Shown: in pieces, positions 29,585 to 39,184 of the stretch
How the letters are laid out: the number at the start of each line of letters is the position of its first letter
Position numbering within the stretch: the stretch's first letter is position 1
Source of the DNA: Candidatus Woesearchaeota archaeon
GTDB lineage: Archaea > Nanobdellota > Nanobdellia > Woesearchaeales > DATGWN01
DNA length: 56,862 nt
Assembly: GCA_047603125.1 (NCBI GenBank)
Contig: JBLKOU010000003.1
Span: forward strand, 1 to 56,862
Reading direction: 5' to 3'
Notes under the pieces: model-generated
Told to the model about the DNA's origin: nothing
Seen by the model: only the letters and a program-made list of their open reading frames with translations
Database searches by the model: none
Position numbers and translations under genes: made by a program

Positions 29585-29690
29585 AAAAGAGCACGCAGAT
29601 TTGGCTCAAGAGTCCCACTTTGAGAATCGTGCAAAAATTTGGCTGCAGATAATCACCAAATTTTCTGATTTTACTGCAAGGTGCTCTTTT
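29585..29690 (+). repeat. Structured intergenic element, subfamily A, copy 2
   Basis: AAAAGAGCAC-GCAG...CTCAAGAGTCCCACTTTGAG...AAAATTTGG/CCAAATTTT-CTGAT...CTGC-AAG-GTGCTCTTTT. Confidence 0.85.
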
Positions 29691-29748
29691 TCTTCTTTTT
29701 AGAAAAAATCTCGTGTTTGTAATAACGTCGCGAACTCAAGACAGCTAT

Positions 29749-30549
29749 TTATCTTGCAAATTTTTCAGGCTCACGCACAATCTTACAACCACCAGTTGGA
29801 AGCTGGCGAATATACTCATCTAAATCACCACCACCAAAAATAGTGCGTAATTGTTTTGCTATTTCACTTGTTTTTGTATCTCCTTGCACAATACGAACAA
29901 AGGCAGTAGTATGCTTTTTAATAGAATCTTGGGTTCCGACATGCACACGAAATTGATCATCAACACCTATACAAAAATCCATTTGTACTTGATAATAGGT
30001 TGTTTTCCCTCGAATCACAAATGAACCACGGGACAAAGATTCTCCTGCTTGTGCTTGTTTGCTTACTTGTTCAGGCAATACACTAAAGACATCAATACTA
30101 GAGAGCTTCATCTGCCATGCACGAGAATAGACAATAGTCAATGTTGCAACTTCTTGACGTACTTGCTCATCAATTTGCTGACTGTCAGCTTTTATTACAA
30201 AAAATGGAGAACCAGCCATATCTGTGTGAAAAACAAGATCACCTGTTTGCGTGTGTTTTTTTATGACAATTTCATTTGTTGTTGCATCTCGCCCGCCTAT
30301 AACAAGCATTCCATTTGAGGCATAAAACCAGCGAAATTTTTCATACCACTCGCGCTTTCGTTTTTTTTCCACAACTTGTTGTATTTGTTCTTTTTGCTGC
30401 TCTTTTTTTTCTAATACGCTGAGTTTTTGCTGTGTTTTTGCAAGAATTTTTTGAATACTCTCAATTTTTTTCTTTGATTTCTTCGCTTTTTCAAAATAGA
30501 TTGATGCGTTTTCATGAACTGACTTTCGCATATCAAGAGTGAATTTCAT
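29749..30549 (-). CDS. NFACT RNA-binding domain (DUF814) protein, short RqcH-like form
   Basis: ENASIYFEKAKK, WYEKFRWF, GGRDATTNE, FHTD and GSFVIRG motifs. Confidence 0.88.
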   Translation of the reverse strand: MKFTLDMRKSVHENASIYFEKAKKSKKKIESIQKILAKTQQKLSVLEKKEQQKEQIQQVVEKKRKREWYEKFRWFYASNGMLVIGGRDATTNEIVIKKHTQTGDLVFHTDMAGSPFFVIKADSQQIDEQVRQEVATLTIVYSRAWQMKLSSIDVFSVLPEQVSKQAQAGESLSRGSFVIRGKTTYYQVQMDFCIGVDDQFRVHVGTQDSIKKHTTAFVRIVQGDTKTSEIAKQLRTIFGGGDLDEYIRQLPTGGCKIVREPEKFAR

Positions 30550-30579
30550 ATCAAAAGAAAAGAAGTAATTGTTTAAAAA

Positions 30580-31380
30580 TTATTGGATTTGACGTCCTTC
30601 TTGCTGTGTAAACTCAAACACTGCATTTTTTGCATCTTCATATGTTTCACGAATTGGTTGTATTGCCTGTTGGAGTATTTTTTGCGCATGCTTAAAATCC
30701 TCAGTCACAATACGAAAAACATAATTTCCGCCGCCGCCATATGTCACATGCAAATTTTTTGTATCAGAATTCATTGCCTGCGTAACAGCTTCACGAACTT
30801 TGAATAATCCATCACCTGCAAAAGAAATAAGTTTTAGTTTTGCAACTATTTCTACTTTTGGCGGTTTAATTCGAGATTTTACAAGCTCTAAAAATAATTT
30901 GTGCTTGGCTGGCGAGAGTCCGCTTTTTTTTAAATCATAGATTCCCTGCACATATTCACGGCAAGCCTGATAAATGAATTCATAGTCTTTTGCAATTGCT
31001 TCATGCATTTGCGTAATGACTGCTTTCATATCTAATTTTTGTTCTTTGCAAAATAATTCTAATAATTTCTCAACAGATTGTTCTTGCTTAATATGATTAC
31101 TAAATTGCATTCGTAAACTTTCGCCAACTCGACGAAGCGATACATCAATATGACCGCGCCGTTCATTGTAAGAGAGAACTTTACAAATAATTTGTTTTCC
31201 TTCTTTTACATAATCGCGTAAATTTCGAATACGGCCAGGAGAAACTTCCGAGATGTGTAAAATTGCTGAACGATTCCCGTATTGATTCAGTACTACAAAA
31301 ACAGAATGTGACATAATCTTGGTCACAGTACATAACACAATTTCTCCCTCACTTGGGGAACCTGGTTTTTGATAAATCAT
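30580..31380 (-). CDS. eif2a: Translation initiation factor 2 subunit alpha
   Basis: S1 domain LHISEVSPGRIRNLRDYVKEG...IDVSLRRV. Follows L44e-S27e as in the conserved archaeal cluster. Confidence 0.92.
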   Translation of the reverse strand: MIYQKPGSPSEGEIVLCTVTKIMSHSVFVVLNQYGNRSAILHISEVSPGRIRNLRDYVKEGKQIICKVLSYNERRGHIDVSLRRVGESLRMQFSNHIKQEQSVEKLLELFCKEQKLDMKAVITQMHEAIAKDYEFIYQACREYVQGIYDLKKSGLSPAKHKLFLELVKSRIKPPKVEIVAKLKLISFAGDGLFKVREAVTQAMNSDTKNLHVTYGGGGNYVFRIVTEDFKHAQKILQQAIQPIRETYEDAKNAVFEFTQQEGRQIQ

Positions 31381-31388
31381 AATGATTG

Positions 31389-31571
31389 TTAGGAAACGAT
31401 TTCAAGTGTCTTTGCAATCATTTTTACTGTGCTCGCTTGCGGTTTTGCTAAAACTTCGCCACAAACTGTACATGAAACAGTAGTTGCTGCTTTTGTGTAA
31501 ATAATTTGTTCATTATTACACTTTGGACACTGAACCTTGACAAATTTTGCTTGAGGTTGTTTGATTTTCAT
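31389..31571 (-). CDS. rps27e: 30S ribosomal protein S27e
   Basis: FVKVQCPKCNNEQII...CTVCG zinc finger. Confidence 0.93.
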   Translation of the reverse strand: MKIKQPQAKFVKVQCPKCNNEQIIYTKAATTVSCTVCGEVLAKPQASTVKMIAKTLEIVS

Positions 31572-31589
31572 TGAATACACCTTATATAT

Positions 31590-31901
31590 CTAGACAAATT
31601 CCAGCTTTTTTGCTCGAATTGGGCTTTTTTTTCCAAATGTTTTTTTCGTTTCTTGACACTCAAAGCGAATATCCACTTTTTTTGAACGCTTTTTCCCAGT
31701 CATTTTAAACTTATTTACGGGTGGACGTGAACCATATCTGCCTAAATTTCCTGTTCCTTTTCCAAAACCAGTTCGAACTTTTTGAAATTTACCCATGGGT
31801 GCTGCAGTTCCGGCCGTACGCTTTTTTGCTTGAACGACTTTTACATCTACATGTTTTCGCAAAAACGGGTTATACCGTCGTATAATTTTTGGAATTTTCA
31901 T
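31590..31901 (-). CDS. rpl44e: 50S ribosomal protein L44e
   Basis: MKIPKIIRRYNP...H...K...SKKVDIRFEC. Zinc ligands partly lost. Expected position in the cluster. Confidence 0.88.
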   Translation of the reverse strand: MKIPKIIRRYNPFLRKHVDVKVVQAKKRTAGTAAPMGKFQKVRTGFGKGTGNLGRYGSRPPVNKFKMTGKKRSKKVDIRFECQETKKTFGKKSPIRAKKLEFV

Positions 31902-31982
31902 AGGAAAACGGATTTTGGACGCCTTTATAAATATTTCGCACGAAAAGACTCTCCGTAAGTCAAAATGCAAAAAATCTACCCA

Positions 31983-32675
31983 TTACTGGGGCTCAGAAAC
32001 CGCCTTCTCTTCTTGAATAGGCTCGATTCTCTTTGATTCTAATAAAATAGACGCAAGATCCTTTGGAAGCTCTATTTGTTGATTCTGTGAAAATGGACCA
32101 TAGGTTTCCATATCAGGCCCGACAAGTTCAGGAATGTCTTCTAGGCATACGTACATTGTGCTCTCATTTGGAGAATTTCCAGATTCTTTACCTTTGGATT
32201 GCTCGCTGGTTTGCTCTTTTTCTAGCTCATCGATAGTCTGACCACTTGGGTGGCGTAATTCAAAGATGTTTTCAATTATTGTCGCTCGTTGTTGTGTGCA
32301 GATATCAACTAATTGTTGAAAAAAAGAGCGCTCTTGATCCAAAAGATTACTCGTATCTATAACATTTGAGCGCGTTCGGCTCTTACTGAGTGCAAGATGA
32401 ATTATCTTTTTCTCTCGTCGGTCATACAGCTCTTCAATGAGTTTTTTTGCATTTTTGAGCTGGAGCACCACATCATCATACTGGGACGACCCAAACAAGG
32501 AATCTGTTTGCTTTGCCTTATCCAGAGCGACTTTTTTAGATTGTAAATAGAATATGATATCTGCAAAAAATGATTCAGGAAGCTTTTGTAAACTTGCATC
32601 TGTTGCTTCTGTTCGAACATAATCGAAAAGCTTCTCATATGTAATATTGGTCTGTTTCGTACTCATTTCCCCCAC
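31983..32675 (-). CDS. DNA replication complex GINS subunit (Gins51-type)
   Basis: LQKLPESFF, LYDRREKKII, NLLDQE, and B-domain IPELVGPDMETYGPF...LPKDLA. Confidence 0.88.
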   Translation of the reverse strand: MGEMSTKQTNITYEKLFDYVRTEATDASLQKLPESFFADIIFYLQSKKVALDKAKQTDSLFGSSQYDDVVLQLKNAKKLIEELYDRREKKIIHLALSKSRTRSNVIDTSNLLDQERSFFQQLVDICTQQRATIIENIFELRHPSGQTIDELEKEQTSEQSKGKESGNSPNESTMYVCLEDIPELVGPDMETYGPFSQNQQIELPKDLASILLESKRIEPIQEEKAVSEPQ

Positions 32676-32788
32676 TGTAATGAAATGGCTTGCATTTATA
32701 TAAATATATGTTTATGAGAATCCAAAAACAGGTATTTTCACGTTCTCATTCAATAGTTTTAAAAACTTGCTGTTACTCTCCTCAGGAT

Positions 32789-33850
32789 ATGTTTACTATA
32801 TTTCTTTCAAAGGCACAAAAAGCGCATATTCAGGTGTATGAGAAGCTTGTAAGCTCAACCTATGTTAAGCAAATCCGAGCTCTCCTTCGAGCAAATAAAG
32901 TTGGCGTTGTATATCAAACAACAAAATTAGGATTTGTTAGTGACCAAAAATATCCACAACTGCATAAAATATCCGAGCATGTCAGTGACCAAGAAATAGA
33001 TGAAATCAATTCTGCAACAAAACAAGCCGTCTACTCACAATTATATAAAGAATTTGCACCACAAGCACCCAACTATATTGCACGCATTATAGCACCAGAA
33101 ATTACACACCTTGATGGCTTAAAAGAACTCCTCACACTGCAACTATTTAGTGAACAAGCACATATTTTAATAATCGGAGATCATGGTGCAGACCATGTCC
33201 AAATCGTTCGCCAGAGCACACAACTTCATCCACAAGGGCTTTTTTGCCCGGTCAAAGCACTCTACAAAGAAAAACAACAGCTCAAGGCACTCTTGACAAA
33301 TGCTGATGAGGGAGTTGTTACCATTATTGATTATGAACTTCTCGATGCTCAAGATCGAAAAACAATTGAGCAGACCATTACTCGCCAATATATTCAAAAG
33401 GGACCACATCGCCATGATGTGCGAGCGCAATTATTAGGGGTGAGTTCTCCAGTAGGAAAACAATTTGTTGGCTCCATGCTCTCGACACTCAAAAACCAAT
33501 TGCCAAAACATCGGGAGTTTTTTTCTTTGCAAGTGTGTATTCGACTCAAAACAAAGCATCCAAATTCGTTCGAACCTAAAACAGTCTCAATTGAGCAAAA
33601 AGAATTTATTCGAGACTATATTTTATATGCACAAAGTACAATCGTCGACTTTCCTGCACCGCTACAAGAAACGGTGGTTAAGTGGGTTTCCCAATATGAT
33701 GATTCTCAAAAGATTATTGAAAAGCATCCCCTGCTTGCAAAAACGATTATCTTATTAGCAAAAGGACGCGCACGAACGGAATTGCGAAAAGTGGTGACAA
33801 AAAAAGATGTTGAACAAGTTTGTGCACTTTTAGAGACAATTTTTGAATAG
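32789..33850 (+). CDS. Degenerate MCM-family AAA domain protein (probably inactive)
   Basis: IAPEI...KELLTLQLF...HILIIGD...ALLTNADEGVVTID...DR follows MCM motif order. Walker A reads GDHGADH and SRFD is absent. Confidence 0.65.
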   Translation: MFTIFLSKAQKAHIQVYEKLVSSTYVKQIRALLRANKVGVVYQTTKLGFVSDQKYPQLHKISEHVSDQEIDEINSATKQAVYSQLYKEFAPQAPNYIARIIAPEITHLDGLKELLTLQLFSEQAHILIIGDHGADHVQIVRQSTQLHPQGLFCPVKALYKEKQQLKALLTNADEGVVTIIDYELLDAQDRKTIEQTITRQYIQKGPHRHDVRAQLLGVSSPVGKQFVGSMLSTLKNQLPKHREFFSLQVCIRLKTKHPNSFEPKTVSIEQKEFIRDYILYAQSTIVDFPAPLQETVVKWVSQYDDSQKIIEKHPLLAKTIILLAKGRARTELRKVVTKKDVEQVCALLETIFE

Positions 33851-33868
33851 GTTGTGTGTTTTTAAAAA

Positions 33869-34321
33869 CTAAATTTTTAACCGAATTTTATTAATTAATG
33901 GATTTTGTAAGGAATGAATTTTATTTTTACAAAATAATACGAATGAAAGTAACTCGTCATAATTAAAATCAACAGGTATATTCTTCAAATAATATTGATT
34001 ATCTATCCGTAGCTGCTTATCTACTTTTAATGTATTATACGCATCAGGCGGAAAAATCTCAAATTCTTTTAAATATCGAATTAATTCAATAGTACAGTCA
34101 TGAATTTCACACTTAATACCTATTTTCATACATATCGCATATACGGCAAAATATTGCGCATAGTACTTTTTTATGGCTTTCCACATGTTCGAATTTTCAG
34201 CATCATCTAAAGAAGAAAGAGTTTCTTGAGCACTTTTAATATATTCATTCGCTAAGTTATTATTTGGGTCAATCAATGCCAGACCTTGTTTTTGCTTTTT
34301 ACACCAGTTTATAGTAACCAT
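33869..34321 (-). CDS. HEPN domain protein (toxin-like)
   Basis: YYAQYFAVYA, CEIHDCT and LRIDNQYY motifs. Paired with an MNT gene. Confidence 0.8.
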   Translation of the reverse strand: MVTINWCKKQKQGLALIDPNNNLANEYIKSAQETLSSLDDAENSNMWKAIKKYYAQYFAVYAICMKIGIKCEIHDCTIELIRYLKEFEIFPPDAYNTLKVDKQLRIDNQYYLKNIPVDFNYDELLSFVLFCKNKIHSLQNPLINKIRLKI

Positions 34322-34851
34322 TTAACAACCTGTTCAACACTTGAAACAATTATGTGTTTTTTTTGTATTTCCTGTTTTAACGGTAACTGTATTTCTTTTA
34401 AATTATTTACTCTCAAAAAATGTATTTTTTTTCGGTATTTTTTTTCTAATGATGTAATTTCAATTTTTTCTAAGCAAAGTATGTCAATATCCCGGGCTTT
34501 TGAAAAATCAATAACCGTTGAACCAAAAAGCAGTAATGGCTGATCAGTTAACTTATGTAAATCAGATATTAATTCTTTTAGAAGGGGATTCTTTGTTTTT
34601 TTAATCAAAAATTCTTTTTCGGCAACCGATAAATAATCTATTAGTAATGAAAACTCACTATTTATTTCATACAATGTTAGCCTTCCTTTTTGGCTCATTT
34701 TTAAAAAGCCTTCCTGTGCGAAGGCGTTGAGAATATTTCTCACAGTAGTATGGTTCTCACCGACTTGTCTTGAAATATCTTGTAAATGTAAAGCATCGCG
34801 TGTGAATAAAAACGGTTCTACATAATTCCATTTTGTCATTTTTTTGACCAT
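34309..34851 (-). CDS. wHTH + minimal nucleotidyltransferase (antitoxin-like)
   Basis: N-terminal HTH (LHLQDISRQVGENHTTV) and LLFGS...DIDIL. Confidence 0.8.
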   Translation of the reverse strand: MVKKMTKWNYVEPFLFTRDALHLQDISRQVGENHTTVRNILNAFAQEGFLKMSQKGRLTLYEINSEFSLLIDYLSVAEKEFLIKKTKNPLLKELISDLHKLTDQPLLLFGSTVIDFSKARDIDILCLEKIEITSLEKKYRKKIHFLRVNNLKEIQLPLKQEIQKKHIIVSSVEQVVKWLL

Positions 34852-34918
34852 ATTGTCAAATATGTGACGATATTATATAAATGTTTTTACTCTACGAGAT
34901 TCTCGTACCTACGAAAAA

Positions 34919-35080
34919 TCAAACGAGTAGCTGTGCAAACCCTTTCAGAGGAGCACTACCTTCTTTAACAAGATTACCATTTTTTAAAACAAAAACATAG
35001 TCTGCAATTTGCATTGCTTGCTTAATATTTTGCTCAACGAGAATTATTGTTTTTTCTTTTGCTAATGCTCGTAAGTGTAA
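34919..35080 (-). pseudogene. C-terminal fragment of a LivF-type ABC ATPase
   Basis: Read by hand: LHLRALAKEKTIILVEQNIKQAMQIADYVFVLKNGNLVKEG. No N-terminal half. Confidence 0.75.
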
Positions 35081-35261
35081 CTTATCAAAACGAAGAAGAG
35101 CTGCTAAGACTCTTTTTTAGTATCCATCAATAGGTAAGAGAAGAACTTTTTTACATAATTGTCTATTTTTATAGACAGGCGTCTAAATTTTTAGACAGTT
35201 GAGCTATTGAAGCCCTTCATTATCGAAAATAGTAAATCTAATTGTATCTGGACAAAGTGTC

Positions 35262-35474
35262 TTAATTCAGGACGACTTTAAGAAGATATAAATAAAAGTT
35301 ACTCAAAAAATACATAGCAAAAAAAGACTTTCCTGCTCTTCTTGGACCAATTATGACTTTAATAAGATCATTATCTAAGACTAAGTGAGACGCTCTTTCT
35401 ACATATTTTTCTTGTAATTTGCTATTTTTTTCTCTCTTTTGGAGCAAAAGTATGTCTTTTATTTTGTCTAGCAT
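35262..35474 (-). pseudogene. N-terminal fragment of an AAA_14 ATPase
   Basis: YVER...LIKVIIGPRRAGKS followed by premature termination. Confidence 0.75.
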
Positions 35475-36250
35475 AATGTATTGTAATGTAAAATAGTTTG
35501 AAAAAAATTGCAATATATTACAAATTTAACGCAAAATTTTATATTCCTACATCCAAAATACGTCTCATGAAGGGATTTGTGCTTCATAACTGCTTTATAA
35601 GAATCTTCCAGAATAACTTTCCCATTACCCATCAAAACGACTTTGTCAGCAATAGCGGCAAAATCTAAGTCGTGCTCAATCAATACAATAGTCTCTCCTT
35701 CATCTCTAAGAGAAACAAGCAAATAAGAAATCTTCTTTCTCATACTGGGTGTAACACCAGCAATCGGTTCATCAAGTAGCAACACTGCATGCGGTTGCAA
35801 TACAGCGCGTGCTATTTCGACCAATCGCTTTTGCCCATAAGAAAGATCCCTACAAAGCACATCTTTTTTATTGAGTAACCCAATCTTTTTCAGAATGGAA
35901 GTAACATCATACTTTTTCACAGAAAAAGAGCGAAAAAAAGAAAAGGGATGCTCAGCCAAAGACAAATTCTCAAAAACAGTCATATTATCAAATAAAGACG
36001 CTCGTTGAAAAACACGAGATATCTTACGACCACGTTTATAGGTAAAAGAATGAGACATATCAACATCATCAATACATACTGAGCCTGAATCTTGACGCAA
36101 AGAACCAGCAATTATATTGAATAATGTTGTTTTTCCACACCCATTTGGACCAATAAGAGCAGTGATTTTACCTTGAGGAAATCTAAGAGAAATATCTCTA
36201 TTTGCATGTATTCCTCCAAATCGTTTTGAAATATTTTTTATTGTTATCAT
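35468..36250 (-). CDS. livG: LivG-type branched-chain amino acid ABC ATPase (possibly decaying)
   Basis: KRFGG, GPNGCGKT, LSYGQKRLVEIARA, LLDEP and IEHD. Reads about 27 aa past the usual ETYFG end. Confidence 0.8.
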   Translation of the reverse strand: MITIKNISKRFGGIHANRDISLRFPQGKITALIGPNGCGKTTLFNIIAGSLRQDSGSVCIDDVDMSHSFTYKRGRKISRVFQRASLFDNMTVFENLSLAEHPFSFFRSFSVKKYDVTSILKKIGLLNKKDVLCRDLSYGQKRLVEIARAVLQPHAVLLLDEPIAGVTPSMRKKISYLLVSLRDEGETIVLIEHDLDFAAIADKVVLMGNGKVILEDSYKAVMKHKSLHETYFGCRNIKFCVKFVIYCNFFQTILHYNTLC

Positions 36251-37443
36251 TCTAATAACCACTTCCATACTGGTTTTACGATAATTTTAATACCTTTAAC
36301 CGTAAATGTATCTTCTTGCTTATAAGTTAAAAGTAAACCTTCCTTTAATTTATGTGCAGAACATACTTCAATCAACCCATTGAATTCACGATTTTGATTG
36401 TCTGAATTTAAATTATAACATACTTGTATTGCTTGAGTGATTTTAAGACCTTCTTTTACTACAAAATCACATTCATGTATCTTATGAAAATAATAAATAT
36501 CTTCAGTATGTTTTCTTAAATGCAAAAAGACAATATTTTCTAGAAATCTTCCTACGTCAGCAGACGTTCTAAACGAAACTTGATTAGCCAGTCCCGTATC
36601 AATAACATATATTTTTTTATCGTTTCGAGATTGTTTTTTTAAGGAATAATCGAATTTATGAACAACAAAAACTACGTATGCTTGTTCTAATGCGTCAATT
36701 ATGTCAATAACAGTATTAACGGAAACGGTTCCTAACATTCTTGCAATCTGAGTAAATGATAGAGGTTTTGCGATATTACTTAATAAAAATACCATAATTT
36801 CTCTGACTATTTTTTCTTCCCGTATGTTTCTTCGTATAATGACATCTTTGTAGATTATATCATCAACAAGGTTCTTTAAAATGCGTACATCTCTTTTTAA
36901 AACATACTCAGGCATTCCCCCATGTTGCACATACAACTCAAATTGTGCTAACGATGGTTTTTTATTTGAAACAGAACAAAACTCCCTAAAACTAAATGGA
37001 AATAATTCATGTTTAATATTGCGTCCGGTAAGTCTAGTACCAAGCTCTTTACTCATAAGCGTGGCATTAGAACCAGTAATAAAAACATCTTTTCCTGCAT
37101 CCAATAATTGACGAACGTATATTTCCCAACCGGTCACATTTTGAACCTCATCGAAAAAATAAATCTCGGACTGATTTTCTTGTGTGAAAATCAAATCAAG
37201 TTTTGTAAAATCTTCTGCCTGAAAAGAAGTTAGATTAATATCCTCAAAAAGTATGTAATTAACTTCTTTTCCTTCGAGGTGTTGTTTAAGTAATGTTGAC
37301 TTTCCACACCTTCGCACACCCGTAATAATATATGCGAATTTTTTAAGAGGTTTTACATAAAAATCTCGCTTAACTCCTAAATCTTCATTCATAAGCTTTT
37401 TCTGCTTTCGAAATATATTACGCAAAGTTTCACTTGGTATCAT
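36247..37443 (-). CDS. AAA_14 + DUF4143 ATP-binding protein
   Basis: GVRRCGKS, FFDEVQ, ITGSNA, GGMPE and LENIVF. Same C-terminal IIVKPVWKWLLE as 4598-5842. Confidence 0.9.
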   Translation of the reverse strand: MIPSETLRNIFRKQKKLMNEDLGVKRDFYVKPLKKFAYIITGVRRCGKSTLLKQHLEGKEVNYILFEDINLTSFQAEDFTKLDLIFTQENQSEIYFFDEVQNVTGWEIYVRQLLDAGKDVFITGSNATLMSKELGTRLTGRNIKHELFPFSFREFCSVSNKKPSLAQFELYVQHGGMPEYVLKRDVRILKNLVDDIIYKDVIIRRNIREEKIVREIMVFLLSNIAKPLSFTQIARMLGTVSVNTVIDIIDALEQAYVVFVVHKFDYSLKKQSRNDKKIYVIDTGLANQVSFRTSADVGRFLENIVFLHLRKHTEDIYYFHKIHECDFVVKEGLKITQAIQVCYNLNSDNQNREFNGLIEVCSAHKLKEGLLLTYKQEDTFTVKGIKIIVKPVWKWLLE

Positions 37444-37763
37444 GGTAGTTATACAGTAAGGACTTATTTATATATTTATGCATCATATTTAACAAAATCG
37501 TGCACTGTGATGAATGATTAGACTATTGTACCAATTATGTTGCAAAAACGTCTCTTTGTCTTAATAACGTTTGCTACCGCCGTAACGTTTCTTAATTGAA
37601 GCGTTATTGTTCATTGTAACAATTTTAAACAGAAAAAAGAAAATTAGTTTTTACGCATCCGTTTGTTTCGGCGTATTTCCTTTTAAAATTTTGAAATTTG
37701 TAAGTAAAAAACTTGAGAAAGAAATGAGAAAACTGCGTGAGCTCACCTCCAGCCACGCAGATT

Positions 37764-37859
37764 CTAGATTAGTCTTTGCTGGGCTAAAGCCCACTTGTTC
37801 TTTTGGATGTAATTTTTAACTACTTCCGAACTCACGTTTCCAACACTACGAAATATACC
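37764..37859 (-). pseudogene. tnpA: IS200 Y1 transposase, C-terminal part
   Basis: Read by hand: GIFRSVGNVSSEVVKNYIQKNKWALAQQRLI*, with the SVG motif and catalytic Tyr in NYI. Confidence 0.8.
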
Positions 37860-38095
37860 ACATCCCGAAGGGTGATGCTTCAACACGAATCAGCTTTAAC
37901 AGAAAATTGTTTTCTTATAGAGTTCAAGGTAATAGCGGAAGGTACGACAAAAAAACAATCGGAATTTTACAAAAATATGAGAAACCAGTTAGATCGTGCG
38001 TCATTTTTGACGAAGTCAAAATTACACAAGTGAAAAATCTATGTAGAGAATTCAAAATCGCTGCTCAATTCTACAAAGTGGAAAAAATTAATTAA
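37860..38095 (+). pseudogene. 5'-truncated small protein inside tnpA (possible VapD/Cas2-like ferredoxin fold)
   Basis: Open frame ...STRISFNRKLFSYRVQGNSGRYDKKTIGILQKYEKPVRSCVIF...FYKVEKIN* with no upstream ATG. The fold is a guess. Confidence 0.45.
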
Positions 38096-38098
38096 TAA

Positions 38099-38338
38099 TT
38101 ATCCGACACAGCAGTGCGGGCAAGAAACAAATAAATGAACATGATCGTCCATTATTTTGTGCGTAAACAGATCTATGCTATGACGTTCACATATCCATTT
38201 TACTGCTTCATGCATCAGCTCACGCTGATGCTCCTGTCTAAAGACAGGATTTCTATATTTTGGCAACAATACAACACGATACCAATTTTGCCCAACTTTG
38301 TGTCAAAAACTTTTTAGATTAGAGTTTTCACCATTCAT
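38099..38338 (-). pseudogene. tnpA: IS200 Y1 transposase, N-terminal part with in-frame stop
   Basis: Read by hand: MNGENSNLKSF*HKVGQNWYRVVLLPKYRNPVF...IMDDHVHLFVSCP, carrying the HUH motif and PKYR. Confidence 0.85.
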
Positions 38339-38453
38339 TTGCTTTAGTCTCCACGCAACATCTAGTTGCATGCAAGGCACGGTGTTCTGTGCCTTTTTAT
38401 TTTTTTACAAAAAATAAAGAAAACCCTAAAGGGTTTCTCCACCCGACATCCCG

Positions 38454-38732
38454 CTAAAGCGCGCTAAAGACCGGATGTATCGTGGAACCTAAAATATAAT
38501 AATGAAATAAAAAACCTATTATCAGAGAAATGAGAAGTGAAAAACCAATTGCTGGGATTATCGACACATGTTTTGATACAGCAAAAAACGCATAACCTGC
38601 AATTGCAATCATTCCCCCATGTGCAAAATGAACAATTTTATTGGTTGAATACACTATAGAAAACCCATAGGCAATAAGCGCATAAATTCCTGCCGCAATG
38701 AGTGAATTGAGTATTATTTGTACAAATGCCAT
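38454..38732 (-). pseudogene. livH: LivH-type ABC permease, truncated after about 80 aa
   Basis: QIILNSLIAAGIYALIAYGFSIVY...HFAHGG, then runs into the IS-end hairpins. Confidence 0.8.
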
Positions 38733-38821
38733 GGACTACAAACATTTTAGGAAATGTCATTTATAAATATTCACACATACTCAAAATGTCTGCGACCAAT
38801 CTTTCTGGTTCGCATACCAAC

Positions 38822-39184
38822 TCAATTCCATTTTTCAATTATTTCTACTGCTAATTGTTCATATGCCCGGCACATTTTCTTAAAATCACGAGCAACATAT
38901 ACAGGAGATATTTGACCTACATACCAAGCCTCTTTACTCACTAATAATTGAACACGCTCTCGCTCTACAATTTTTTTTGTGGTCGCTGCAAAATCGTCAT
39001 TTGAACATCTTCCACAGCAAAGCTGCGCTAAGTCATTGAGTGAAATACCAAACCCATGTGGTTGAGGTAAGCCTTGCGTTCGCCAAAGCTCATATATTGG
39101 CATTCTGTTTTTATGAGCAGACTCATATGCGCACATTAATAGCTTCATATCCGGAGAAAACGGCGAAGTAAAAATCATCTCCAA
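38822..39184 (-). CDS. Hypothetical protein
   Basis: 120-aa ORF overlapping the kae1 stop. Confidence 0.5.
   Translation of the reverse strand: MEMIFTSPFSPDMKLLMCAYESAHKNRMPIYELWRTQGLPQPHGFGISLNDLAQLCCGRCSNDDFAATTKKIVERERVQLLVSKEAWYVGQISPVYVARDFKKMCRAYEQLAVEIIEKWN

Larger units (their letters stand above)
37737..38490 (-). mobile_element. Decayed IS200/IS605-family element
   Basis: Split tnpA. Hairpins at 38374-38487 (AAGGCAC/GTGCCTT, AAACCC/GGGTTT, ACATCC/GGATGT with CTTTAG loops). Minus strand ends GGAGGTGAGCTCAC at 37737. Ends are approximate. Confidence 0.7.

Noticed and set aside
37860-38095. cas2 gene
   Set aside because: Only a vague fold impression. The fragment lacks its N-terminus and there is no cas1 or array.
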